Shown here: one piece after another, positions 9,398 to 18,597 of the stretch | How the letters are laid out: each line of letters opens with the position of its first letter | Numbering within the stretch: position 1 is the stretch's first letter | Assembly (NCBI GenBank): GCA_043774805.1 | Contig: JAYVTB010000151.1 | Location: 7 to 64,006, forward strand | Length of the DNA stretch: 64,000 nucleotides | Origin: Cyclobacteriaceae bacterium | GTDB lineage: Bacteria; Bacteroidota; Bacteroidia; Cytophagales; Cyclobacteriaceae | Direction of reading: 5' to 3' | Translations under genes and position numbers: made by a program | The notes under the pieces: model-generated | What the model was told of the DNA's origin: nothing | Database searches by the model: none | Seen by the model: only the letters and a program-made list of their open reading frames with translations

Positions 9398-10426
9398 ATG
9401 CGCGAGGATTATTTAAAAGGAGAACCAGAAGGTCTTAATTCTGCAGAAAAAGAAATCGAGAAAGCACTTCGTCCTCTTTCGTTTCATGACTTTAGTGGTC
9501 AGCAGAAAGTAGTAGATAATATTAAAATCTTTGTGCTTGCTGCTAAACAAAGATCCGAGTCGTTGGATCACGTGTTATTGCATGGCCCTCCGGGCTTGGG
9601 GAAAACAACACTATCGTTCATCATTGCCAATGAATTGGGATCCAATATTAAAATTACTTCAGGGCCTGTATTAGATAAACCCAGCGACCTGGCAGGGCTT
9701 CTCACCAACCTTGAAACCAATGATGTTTTATTCATTGATGAGATTCACCGACTCAATCCCATCGTTGAAGAATATTTGTATTCCGCCATGGAAGATTTCA
9801 GAATCGATATCATGCTCGATTCAGGACCCAATGCAAGATCCGTTCAGATTTCATTAAATCCATTCACCTTAATTGGAGCCACCACCCGGGCAGGCTTACT
9901 TACTTCACCTTTACGCGCACGTTTTGGAATTAATGCCCGATTGGAATATTATGATTCGCAATTGCTAACCAAAATTGTGCATCGTTCTGCAAGCATCCTT
10001 GCGACACCTATTGTAGATGACGCTGCGTTTGAAATTGCAAGACGAAGCCGAGGTACTCCGCGTATTGCGAATAATCTATTAAGGCGCACACGTGACTTTG
10101 CACAAATAAAAGGAGACGGCACCATCACCAAAGCTATTGCACAAATGGCACTGAAGGCGTTGGATGTTGATGAAAATGGTTTGGACGATATGGACAATCG
10201 CATCCTGAGTGCCATCATTGAAAAATTCAAAGGAGGACCTGTGGGGTTGACTACGATCGCCACGGCCGTGGGAGAAGAAGCCGAAACCATTGAAGAAGTG
10301 TATGAACCGTTTCTGATCCAGGAGGGATATATTAAACGCACATCGCGGGGAAGAGAAGCCACTGAAAAATCCTACAAACATTTAAAGATTGTTCCTCCAT
10401 CAAGAACACAAGGATTGTTTGATTGA
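9398..10426 (+). CDS. ruvB: Holliday junction branch migration helicase RuvB
   Basis: GPPGLGKTT Walker [32 protein letters not shown]. Confidence 0.98.
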   Translation: MREDYLKGEPEGLNSAEKEIEKALRPLSFHDFSGQQKVVDNIKIFVLAAKQRSESLDHVLLHGPPGLGKTTLSFIIANELGSNIKITSGPVLDKPSDLAGLLTNLETNDVLFIDEIHRLNPIVEEYLYSAMEDFRIDIMLDSGPNARSVQISLNPFTLIGATTRAGLLTSPLRARFGINARLEYYDSQLLTKIVHRSASILATPIVDDAAFEIARRSRGTPRIANNLLRRTRDFAQIKGDGTITKAIAQMALKALDVDENGLDDMDNRILSAIIEKFKGGPVGLTTIATAVGEEAETIEEVYEPFLIQEGYIKRTSRGREATEKSYKHLKIVPPSRTQGLFD

Positions 10427-10464
10427 GTTTCCAATCATCTTTCCGGAGTTTAAAATGATGGTTG

Positions 10465-11829
10465 CTATTCTATGATAAATTTCTTCCGCGTTGTCTTCAG
10501 TCCATCAGAAGTCATGAGGGTATAAATACCCGTGGGAAGTGACGTTATGGATTGATGGATAATGTCTTCGTTCATTGCATGAATCTGAAATATTTCCCTG
10601 CCGGGAAGATCATAGAAAATTATGGACACACTACCTTCAAAGCCATACGCTTTAATATTCAGTTCCGTTGATGCCGGTATTGGATAAAGCTCAACTCCAT
10701 GAGTTTCCTTCCGAGTTGTAATAGCCATTATGGGATCATTGCCGTACAGGGATGGAATCTCATTTCCAAAAATAATATACGGTGATTGCATAAAACTAAT
10801 GAAGCTATTTTTAGCGGATTGACCACTCATCGAATAGGGTACATAGGGAAACGACCAACTTGCATTAATCCAGGTTAATAGCCAGCTTATTTTCCATGCC
10901 TTTTCATCTGGATCATTTAATAGCGTTGGGAGTATCGTATCATTCCAATACAAACTTGCATTATCACCACTTACCCGGTTACCGGTCTCCGACAAGACGG
11001 CTATCTTATCATGTTGCGCTGCAAAATCAACCAGTGAACCAAGTTGTGTTCTTAACGAAGTTGAATTGATTTCATAATAGTCCAGGCCAACAAAGTCTAT
11101 GTATTCGTCACCGGGATAATAATTGAAATCCAATGGGAAATTGGGAGACCAGCAAAACAAAACACTTTTAGTTCTGTCTTTCACGTAGTTAACTGTTAGT
11201 GCGTATAATGCTCGATAATTAGTAGTTGAAGTAGCTGCGCTTCCCCACCAAAACCAATTTCCATTCATTTCATGAAAAGGCCGAAAGACGATAGGAATGG
11301 CATCATTACCAACCTTAAGATCATTGTTAATGATGTTGATTACTTTGTCTAGTTCCCCAAAAAACCACGCCCGATCACCATTTAAGTCGGCAACAATATT
11401 ATTTACCAGATCAGGAGGCGAACCAGCATATTGATAAGAGGATGTACCCCTGGCACTCAGATGCCAATCAAAGGTGACTACGTAACCAAGTTCATAGGCC
11501 CATTTCACAGCTTCGGTGTGATACGATCTTTCGGCATCACTTTTCTCCAGGTAATAATGAAAGTCAGAGCCCAACACAGCCGGATGCGAGCCGGTTACTG
11601 CTTTGGAATCTGAATAATCCTTTTCACCATGCGCACCACCTGAACTGTATCGGAAACTATTAAAAAACTCCTGACCGAAGAGTATGTTCTTACTATCTTG
11701 AATAATCTTCAGATTTTTATAAAGCGATTTTGTTTTGGTAGTTACATCCGAATCAACTTGAGCATAACCGTTTAAGAATGACATCAAGTATGCTAATGAA
11801 ACAAGTAATAGCTCAAATTTTACTTTCAT
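10465..11829 (-). CDS. Secreted GH26 glycoside hydrolase (beta-mannanase-like) with T9SS C-terminal sorting domain; ATG 11829 preferred over TTG 11850
   Basis: Signal peptide, RPFHEMNG (acid/base Glu), WFWWG, YYPGDEYIDFVGLDYY, LSETG (nucleophile), and a CTD (LYPIPA...YDLPGREI...GIY...KKFIIE). Confidence 0.88.
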   Translation of the reverse strand: MKVKFELLLVSLAYLMSFLNGYAQVDSDVTTKTKSLYKNLKIIQDSKNILFGQEFFNSFRYSSGGAHGEKDYSDSKAVTGSHPAVLGSDFHYYLEKSDAERSYHTEAVKWAYELGYVVTFDWHLSARGTSSYQYAGSPPDLVNNIVADLNGDRAWFFGELDKVINIINNDLKVGNDAIPIVFRPFHEMNGNWFWWGSAATSTTNYRALYALTVNYVKDRTKSVLFCWSPNFPLDFNYYPGDEYIDFVGLDYYEINSTSLRTQLGSLVDFAAQHDKIAVLSETGNRVSGDNASLYWNDTILPTLLNDPDEKAWKISWLLTWINASWSFPYVPYSMSGQSAKNSFISFMQSPYIIFGNEIPSLYGNDPIMAITTRKETHGVELYPIPASTELNIKAYGFEGSVSIIFYDLPGREIFQIHAMNEDIIHQSITSLPTGIYTLMTSDGLKTTRKKFIIE

Positions 11830-11908
11830 GGTTTTAACCTTGAAGCTCAAACTACTTCAATCCGTGATGTTGCAATTAACTGCATGAATACCTCTGAATG
11901 GAGTATGA

Positions 11909-12751
11909 TTAAATTACCTGAACAGTATTGGTCAACGTACCAATTCCTTCGATGGAAATTGAAACTTCATCATTTGCCTGAAGAGTGAATTCATTGGAGG
12001 GTACGATGCCTGTTCCGGTCATAAGGAAACTACCATATTCAAACTTGCATGCCCTGTAAAGCCACGAAGCTAATTCGGGAAGATTTCTCTTCATCCGATT
12101 GAGTTGAATCGAATTGCTAAACACATCCTGGTGATTTCTCTTTATGGAAATTGAGATCAGAGTCTCCTGTGAAATAGGTTGCTCAGGAACAAATAAGCAG
12201 GGTCCTAGCGCACAACTACGTTCATACACTTTCGCCTGAGGCAGGTATAAAGGATTTTCTCCTTCAATACTGCGTGAACTCATATCGTTGCCAACCGTGT
12301 AGGCCTGAATTTCGCCCTTTGAATTGATGTACAAAGTGAGCTCCGGTTCTGGAACATTCCACGATGAATCTTCACGAATGTATACTTCCTCATCGGGTGC
12401 GCTAACGCGATGAGGAAGTGCTTTAAAAAATAATTCGGGGCGTTCAGCATCATATACTTTTGAATAAACATCAGAAGCTCCCGATTCTTTGGATTCTTCC
12501 ATGCGCGCATCACGACTGCGCAAATAGGTTACACCGGCCGCCCAAACTTCCTGATTTCCGATAGGCGCAAGAACCTGACTTAATAGTTGCTTTCCCTCAT
12601 CAAACGGAAGTGGTTGTGAAATTTGCGAGAGTCCAGCCAGGTGTTGATGAAGGTTTGATCGGTTAATCACTACATCCCAATCTTCCGTCAAGAGAAATGC
12701 TTTATTTCCGTTCACCAGCAATGCGCCTTGCTTCGTTTTATATAATTGCAT
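11909..12751 (-). CDS. Fumarylacetoacetate hydrolase-family protein, 2-keto-3-deoxy-pentonate dehydratase (XylX/KdaD-like)
   Basis: [52 protein letters not shown]. Confidence 0.8.
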   Translation of the reverse strand: MQLYKTKQGALLVNGNKAFLLTEDWDVVINRSNLHQHLAGLSQISQPLPFDEGKQLLSQVLAPIGNQEVWAAGVTYLRSRDARMEESKESGASDVYSKVYDAERPELFFKALPHRVSAPDEEVYIREDSSWNVPEPELTLYINSKGEIQAYTVGNDMSSRSIEGENPLYLPQAKVYERSCALGPCLFVPEQPISQETLISISIKRNHQDVFSNSIQLNRMKRNLPELASWLYRACKFEYGSFLMTGTGIVPSNEFTLQANDEVSISIEGIGTLTNTVQVI

Positions 12752-12754
12752 GAT

Positions 12755-13969
12755 TTACTTTTTAATTTTGCTTAAATCTACACCTAAAATATTTTTAGCC
12801 AACTCGTTCATCTTTTCAAAATCGCCCTCAAAATGACAGGTTAGTTGCTTGTAGCTTTTACTTTCTCCTGCCTTCAATTCAAGTGCTGACGAGGAAGATT
12901 CCAATTCATAGAAGGGCCCTAGTTGAGAGCCATCTGCCAATGGGCCGTCATTATATGAGTTTACGGCATCTCCCCGATATGGCTCTTCTTGCAATTCCCA
13001 TTTCGAATTCACATAAGCGGCATCGGGTGCGATTTCAAATCGTGTAACCGTGAGCACATTATTCTGGAAATCGTAACTGGCTGATAATGGTTTGGCAATA
13101 ATGGGAGACAAACCAATTTTACTGCGATACTTTCCATCGCACGTAAAAAACAAAACACTGTCTTGAATCGCGATGCGGTCAGCGGGAATTTCTCCAAAGT
13201 AGGTAGTGGTAATTAAATTTTTTGCATTCGCTGTCGGTTTGAATGGAATGATCACGATGGTTTGATCTGATGGTGTAAACATTCCCAGCAACCAAATGGA
13301 AAGCAAACCGGTTTCTTTTTTCCAATCATTGGCGCTAACATTCTTAATTTGATTCTCAGTTTGATAGCTCACAAACTTAACGCCAACAGGAACTTTTGCA
13401 CTTAACTCCAATTCCAGCTCATTTTTATTGAGCAACGAAATTTTTCTTTCAATGTAAAGATCAAAAACGGTTCCGCTATAATTCGTAATGGAAGCCTGTT
13501 TTGAAAATGTGGCGCTCAATGCGTTGCTTTCCACTACTTCAAATTCTTCAGTGTCAATTATGGCCGGCACCTGCCAGTTTTTAATCTCGAAGGAATCACC
13601 CTGATGAAAATAAAGAGAATACTGCCCGCCTTCCGGTCCTAACCAAAAACGCTCCTCACCTCCTACCGGATTAAATTGTTGTTTTTTTTCGCCAGAAGCA
13701 ATCAGGTTATAATTAAGCCAACCATAACTGGTTCCTTTATCCCCCGAGGCGGTGCTGGTCATAACCCGGCCCTGATAGTCGCCAGATAGCAACACCTTCG
13801 ACTCACCCGTTGCATCGCTCAGCTCGATGATACTTTTGGTATGCTTCTTTAAAAATCCAATGTCATCACCATAACTGCCAACGGCCTTATCGCTACTATT
13901 TTCTGTTCTACATCCTGAAACCATGGTCATCAAGAAAAGGAAAATGAAAATTTGCACTGAAAATTTCAT
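12755..13969 (-). CDS. DUF6786-like lipoprotein; start ATG 13969 (the ORF-track start 14032 is probably too long)
   Basis: Lipoprotein-like N-terminus ending in VSGC. The motifs GGEERFWLGPEGGQ and NSYNDGP...LGPFYELESSS were recalled as DUF6786. Confidence 0.65.
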   Translation of the reverse strand: MKFSVQIFIFLFLMTMVSGCRTENSSDKAVGSYGDDIGFLKKHTKSIIELSDATGESKVLLSGDYQGRVMTSTASGDKGTSYGWLNYNLIASGEKKQQFNPVGGEERFWLGPEGGQYSLYFHQGDSFEIKNWQVPAIIDTEEFEVVESNALSATFSKQASITNYSGTVFDLYIERKISLLNKNELELELSAKVPVGVKFVSYQTENQIKNVSANDWKKETGLLSIWLLGMFTPSDQTIVIIPFKPTANAKNLITTTYFGEIPADRIAIQDSVLFFTCDGKYRSKIGLSPIIAKPLSASYDFQNNVLTVTRFEIAPDAAYVNSKWELQEEPYRGDAVNSYNDGPLADGSQLGPFYELESSSSALELKAGESKSYKQLTCHFEGDFEKMNELAKNILGVDLSKIKK

Positions 13970-14034
13970 ACATAATGATTTGAATACTTTTTTAAGAATG
14001 TCATTTAAACAATTGTGACAACAGTTCAACACGA

Positions 14035-14195
14035 ATTATGCAATAGCCCCGAGACATTCAGGTCAGGGAAAATAAACAAAAAAAATTTGGCTTTAGCCAA
14101 AATTATCTTTGGGCTAAAGCCCTTCTGGATTGCTTTCATTTGTCCCCCGACATAAATGTCGGGGCTATTTTTCTAATACATAATAATCCAGGCTC
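14035..14195. repeat. Nested-palindrome REPIN/MITE-like element, copy 2
   Basis: Shares exact blocks with copy 1: 14086-14122 = 3341-3377 (37 bp) and 14145-14177 = 3401-3433 (33 bp). Confidence 0.85.
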
Positions 14196-14230
14196 AAGCT
14201 ATAAAGTTAACTCGTAAACCCCACTTCAAG

Positions 14231-14268
14231 AAAAAAAATTGCCTCATACCAAATGGCATGAGGCAATT
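14231..14268 (-). terminator. Intrinsic terminator downstream of the SusD relic
   Basis: AATTGCCTCAT / ATGAGGCAATT 11-bp stem, followed on the minus strand by a T-run. Confidence 0.8.
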
Positions 14269-14290
14269 ATCAATGATTAAAAGTGATAGT

Positions 14291-14404
14291 TTAGTTATAT
14301 CCAGGATTCTGGGTAAGGGTGGCTGCACCATCTTTCTTACTATTCAGAATCTCCTGAATAGTAATCGGAAAATATTCATGTTTCCCTTTTACAAACTGCA
14401 ACCT
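14291..14404 (-). pseudogene. RagB/SusD family C-terminal remnant
   Basis: Minus-strand frame reads RLQFVKGKHEYFPITIQEILNSKKDGAATLTQNPGYN*, the typical SusD terminal motif. An in-frame stop lies at 14405-14407 and there is no start codon. Confidence 0.75.
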
Positions 14405-14641
14405 CTAAGTTAACTGCCTTTATTGCCCTCTATAAGAGTTGATTTGATAATTAATGGCAGGAGCTGGTTTTAAAACAAGTCGGCTGGGTTAATCGCACGT
14501 GCTCTTACCAGGGGAGTACATCATAAGCTGCGTTGATGTTAGTGTGCATTTGGATATCAGCGGTATTTCATACATTCGATAATCAGTGTGTGATGCGTCA
14601 GAGCGATTCTTTTAATTAACTTACCTCCTTATTGCATTTCT

Positions 14642-15568
14642 TTGAGTAATACGCAAACCATAAAATCATTAGCGGCTAATCTTGGCTTCAGCTTTTGTGG
14701 AATATCGAAGGCAGCATTTCTGGAAGAAGAAGCACCCCGATTGGAAGAATGGTTGAGACGAGGATATCAAGGCTCAATGAGCTACCTGGAGAATCATTTT
14801 GACAAACGACTTGATCCAACGTTACTAGTACCGGGGGCAAAATCGGTAATCAGCCTGGTCTATAATTATTATCCAAAAAAGGATCTCGCCCATGAAAATC
14901 CGGATAATCTTAAGATCGCGAAGTATGCTTACGGTGAAGATTATCACTTCGTCATCAAGGAAAAACTGAAAACATTCCTTACCAAAATTCAACAAGAAAT
15001 TGGAGACGTGAATGGCCGCGCATTCGTTGATTCTGCCCCTGTGCACGAAAGAGCGTGGGCAACAAAATCGGGGTTAGGATGGATTGGGAAAAATAGCTTG
15101 CTGCTAAATCGCTCGATGGGAAGTTTCTTCTTCCTGGCAGAACTCATTGTGGATATTGAACTAGCGTATGATGGGCCCATCAAAGATTATTGTGGCACAT
15201 GTACTGCCTGTATGGATGCTTGCCCCACAGACGCCATACCGCAGCCCTATGTGGTAGATGGAAGCAAATGCATTTCTTACTTCACCATCGAACTTAAAGA
15301 AGAGCTTCCTGCCGCGGTGAAAGGTAAATTTGAAAATTGGGTTTTCGGTTGTGATATCTGTCAGGATGTTTGCCCGTGGAATAGTTTTTCACAATCGAAC
15401 CATGAAAATCGCTTTCAACCTCATCCTGATCTTGAGAAGATGAGCTCGCAAGATTGGAAAGAAATTACGGAGGAGGTCTTTGAGAAGTTGTTTGAGAAAT
15501 CAGCAGTGAAGCGAACCAAACGGGAAGGACTTAAGAGAAATATTGCGTTTGTTACCGGCAACAAATAA
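14642..15568 (+). CDS. queG: Epoxyqueuosine reductase (TTG start)
   Basis: [50 protein letters not shown]. Confidence 0.95.
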   Translation: MSNTQTIKSLAANLGFSFCGISKAAFLEEEAPRLEEWLRRGYQGSMSYLENHFDKRLDPTLLVPGAKSVISLVYNYYPKKDLAHENPDNLKIAKYAYGEDYHFVIKEKLKTFLTKIQQEIGDVNGRAFVDSAPVHERAWATKSGLGWIGKNSLLLNRSMGSFFFLAELIVDIELAYDGPIKDYCGTCTACMDACPTDAIPQPYVVDGSKCISYFTIELKEELPAAVKGKFENWVFGCDICQDVCPWNSFSQSNHENRFQPHPDLEKMSSQDWKEITEEVFEKLFEKSAVKRTKREGLKRNIAFVTGNK

Positions 15569-15595
15569 AAAATCCTGCTGTATGGCAGGATTTTT
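15567..15595. terminator. Bidirectional intrinsic terminator between queG and a small convergent gene
   Basis: AAAAAATCCTGC-loop-GCAGGATTTTT. Confidence 0.8.
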
Positions 15596-15616
15596 CTGAT
15601 TAGACATGGTAGAGAC

Positions 15617-15808
15617 TTAAGCTGCTACAAAGCATCGGTTCAAGATGGCTTCGTATTCCCCCCGGTAATTGGCGTAGCACCAACGCTGGAGTTCCAGTAC
15701 TTCATCGGCTATCAATAATTTGATGGCCTTTCTTAACTCTTTTTCGAAGAGCCGTGCGTCAAAACTCACCCTTGTGAGTATTTGCTTTACATAACTGAGC
15801 ATTTTCAT
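15617..15808 (-). CDS. Small hypothetical protein (63 aa), resembles a conserved Bacteroidota small protein
   Basis: ML.YVK.IL.RVSFD..LFEKELRKAI pattern recalled from Bacteroidota genomes. It fills an intergenic gap and ends at a bidirectional terminator. Confidence 0.7.
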   Translation of the reverse strand: MKMLSYVKQILTRVSFDARLFEKELRKAIKLLIADEVLELQRWCYANYRGEYEAILNRCFVAA

Positions 15809-15896
15809 TAAAAATTGTAAAGTACGTTTGTCGATTATTCAACATGCGTTGCAGATATGAAAATACAAAAGCAATTGAAGAATTAAAAGAAGGCTT

Positions 15897-15904
15897 TACT
15901 TTTG
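15897..15904 (+). promoter_or_regulatory. Bacteroidota sigma70 -7 element upstream of the batD-like gene
   Basis: TACTTTTG matches TAnnTTTG. Confidence 0.55.
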
Positions 15905-15929
15905 TGTTCCTGCAACGAATTGCGGAACC

Positions 15930-17381
15930 ATGTGTATTATGACTTTTTTAACCAGAACGACATTTTTTACCTCTTTATTACTTATTGCAATTCTTGCCAA
16001 AGGCCAAAATCCGATTCAAATCGCACTTGGTCCTGATGAAATCGGTGAAAATCAAGCGTGGACGATTACGGTCACAGTAAATAATGACCGATTAAAAAGT
16101 TATGAGAATTTTCCTGACATCGATGGTTTTCGCAAAAGAGGCACTTCCAACCAATCACAAACCAGTATTGTAAACGGGCAAATGAGTTCGTCACAAAGCG
16201 TAGTCATGACCTACACGCCTACTAAACAAGGTATGTTTACAGTACCTTCTTTTAAAATGAAAGTCAACGATCAGATCATTTCTGTAACTGGAAAAAAAGT
16301 GAAGGTAGGTCCGGCCGCGCAGGCACAACGCGATCCCTTTCGAAGCATTTTTGACGATCCCGCTGATGGTTTTTTTGGTCGTGGCGAAACGGAGTTTATC
16401 GATGTGAAGGAGGATGCGATTCTGGCACTCACTACCAGTAAAAGCGAGGTGTACGTTGGCGAAGGATTTACTGCAACACTTTCCTTTTTAGTAGCTGACA
16501 ATAATCGAGCGCCCATGCAATTTTATGAACTTGGAAAGCAACTTTCTGATATTCTTAAAAAACTAAAACCCGCCAATTGCTGGGAAGAGAATTTTAATAT
16601 TGAAAACATTGAAGGTGAGCCTATCGACATAAATGGTAAAGGTTATACCCAATACAAAATTTACCAGGCAGCGTTCTATCCATTAAATTCCCAACTATTA
16701 AATTTCCCCAGTGTTGGCCTGGAGATGATCAAATTTAAGGTAGCCAAAAACCCCTCCTTCTTTGGTCAAAACCGGCAGGAAGATTTTAAAACATTTTATT
16801 CCAGACCGATATCGGTGAAGGTTAAAGAACTGCCTCCTCATCCTCTTCGCAATTCAGTTGCTGTAGGAGATTATCAGTTGGCTGAACAGTTTTCGGCAAC
16901 TCATCCAAAAACAGGTCAAAGCATGGGTTACGAATTTCGGATTACAGGAGAAGGCAATATCACCGCAATCGAAAAGCCGGGCGTTAATAACGATGGCAAT
17001 TTTGATTTCTACGAACCGAATATGAAACAAAACATCAGGCGTGAAGGAGGTCATGTATCCGGGAACAAAACATTCAACTACTTTATGATTCCAAAAGAGC
17101 CTGGCGAATTTAAGTTGGGTGATTACTTTCAATGGGTGTTTTTCAATCCCAAATCAAAAAAATACGATACGCTAAGATCACAATATACCTTACGCGTAGA
17201 CGGAGAAAGTCAAAAGAATCAATTCATAGAGAGTACCGATCTCGGATCATTTTATGATCGGCTGGATGCCTCAGCAAATAAACTTCAACAGGTAGGTTCG
17301 TTGGATTGGATGAAGGTAAGTCTTAATATTTTTATTTTAGTGATGCTGGCAGGGTCAGCCTATCTTATCGTTAAAAAATAA
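15930..17381 (+). CDS. BatD family protein
   Basis: Signal peptide, VNGQMSSS, P.F.MKVN, KSEVYVGE, VKVKELP.HP, AVG.Y, ITGEGNI and a C-terminal TM helix. Confidence 0.8.
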   Translation: MCIMTFLTRTTFFTSLLLIAILAKGQNPIQIALGPDEIGENQAWTITVTVNNDRLKSYENFPDIDGFRKRGTSNQSQTSIVNGQMSSSQSVVMTYTPTKQGMFTVPSFKMKVNDQIISVTGKKVKVGPAAQAQRDPFRSIFDDPADGFFGRGETEFIDVKEDAILALTTSKSEVYVGEGFTATLSFLVADNNRAPMQFYELGKQLSDILKKLKPANCWEENFNIENIEGEPIDINGKGYTQYKIYQAAFYPLNSQLLNFPSVGLEMIKFKVAKNPSFFGQNRQEDFKTFYSRPISVKVKELPPHPLRNSVAVGDYQLAEQFSATHPKTGQSMGYEFRITGEGNITAIEKPGVNNDGNFDFYEPNMKQNIRREGGHVSGNKTFNYFMIPKEPGEFKLGDYFQWVFFNPKSKKYDTLRSQYTLRVDGESQKNQFIESTDLGSFYDRLDASANKLQQVGSLDWMKVSLNIFILVMLAGSAYLIVKK

Positions 17382-17433
17382 TTCAAAATTTAATATTGAT
17401 ATTGCTAATCTTGACTTTTGAATATTGAATTAA

Positions 17434-18504
17434 ATGAATTCCTACGGAACACTTTTTAGAATTAGCACCTTTGGTGAATCACACGGACCCGCGATCGGGG
17501 TTATCATCGATGGATGCCCTGCCGGACTAGAGATCGATGAAGCGTTCATTCAATCTGAACTGGATCGCAGGAAACCTGGTCAATCAAAAATCACCACACA
17601 GCGCAAGGAAGACGATACATTCAAAATCCTTTCCGGAGTGTTTGAAGGAAAATCGACCGGAACTCCGATTGCTATCGTGATCGAAAATCAGGATCAGCGT
17701 AGCAAAGACTATTCTCACATTCAAAATGCGTTTCGCCCATCGCACGCTGACTTCACCTACGAATCAAAATATGGGGTTCGCGATTACCGCGGTGGTGGAA
17801 GAAGTTCGGCCAGGGAAACCGCTGCCCGGGTTGCTGCCGGTGCCATTGCCAAACTCTTCCTGAAACAATCTGGAATTGAGGTGAATGCCTATGTTTCTCA
17901 AGTTGGCGAAATTCTGGCACCTCCTTACTCCCAATTGGATTTTACTAAAACAGAACACAACATCGTGCGCTGCCCGGATGCTATAACAGCCGAGAAAATG
18001 ATTGCGCTCATCGACCATGTTCGGCTGGATCGTGATACCATTGGAGGTGTGGTTACCTGTGTCATAAAAAATACACCTGTTGGATTGGGTGAACCTGTAT
18101 TTGATAAGCTTCATGCTGAACTCGGCAAAGCCATGCTCAGCATCAATGCCGTGAAAGGTTTTGAATATGGCAGTGGCTTTGACGGTGTAACATTGCGCGG
18201 CTCACAACACAATGATGAGTTTTATAATGATGGCACCAAGATAAGAACGAAGACAAACCACTCGGGAGGCGTTCAGGGTGGCATCAGCAATGGTGAAGAC
18301 ATTTATTTCAATGTTGCATTCAAGCCGGTAGCTACCATCATGCAAGACCAGCCCAGCGTAGATAAAGATGGAAATGAAACAATCGTGTCCGGGAAGGGAA
18401 GGCATGATCCCTGTGTAGTGCCACGGGCCGTGCCCATCGTAGAGGCGATGGCCGCTCTCGTAATTGCTGATTTTTATTTGCGGGCAAAGACAAGCAAACT
18501 CTAA
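17434..18504 (+). CDS. aroC: Chorismate synthase
   Basis: [28 protein letters not shown]. Confidence 0.98.
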   Translation: MNSYGTLFRISTFGESHGPAIGVIIDGCPAGLEIDEAFIQSELDRRKPGQSKITTQRKEDDTFKILSGVFEGKSTGTPIAIVIENQDQRSKDYSHIQNAFRPSHADFTYESKYGVRDYRGGGRSSARETAARVAAGAIAKLFLKQSGIEVNAYVSQVGEILAPPYSQLDFTKTEHNIVRCPDAITAEKMIALIDHVRLDRDTIGGVVTCVIKNTPVGLGEPVFDKLHAELGKAMLSINAVKGFEYGSGFDGVTLRGSQHNDEFYNDGTKIRTKTNHSGGVQGGISNGEDIYFNVAFKPVATIMQDQPSVDKDGNETIVSGKGRHDPCVVPRAVPIVEAMAALVIADFYLRAKTSKL

Positions 18505-18597
18505 GATTGCACCGAAAATCCGATCAACTCATGTTTAGTTTGCACTAAACTGATTATTCGCTATACTTACCTCCTTAGAACGTAAACTATTTTGAAC

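Noticed and set aside
9398-10426. ruvB without adjacent ruvA
   Set aside because: Separation of ruvA and ruvB is common in Bacteroidota.
13970-14032. N-terminal extension MLNCCHNC... of the DUF6786-like ORF
   Set aside because: The signal peptide begins at ATG 13969; the Cys-rich extension is probably untranslated leader.
3282-14195. Repeat copies considered as CRISPR repeats, or as ends of a composite transposon carrying the 10.6 kb between them
   Set aside because: There is no repeat-spacer periodicity and no cas gene. The enclosed genes are largely housekeeping (acs, ruvB) and there is no transposase.
17382-17433. AT-rich stretch with TTCAAAA/TTTTGAA and repeated AATATTGA before aroC
   Set aside because: Low complexity; cannot be distinguished from chance.
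18526-18551. GTTTAGT-TTGC-ACTAAAC palindrome upstream of the symporter
   Set aside because: A single 7-bp-arm palindrome in AT-rich DNA; it could be an operator but there is no second instance to support it.
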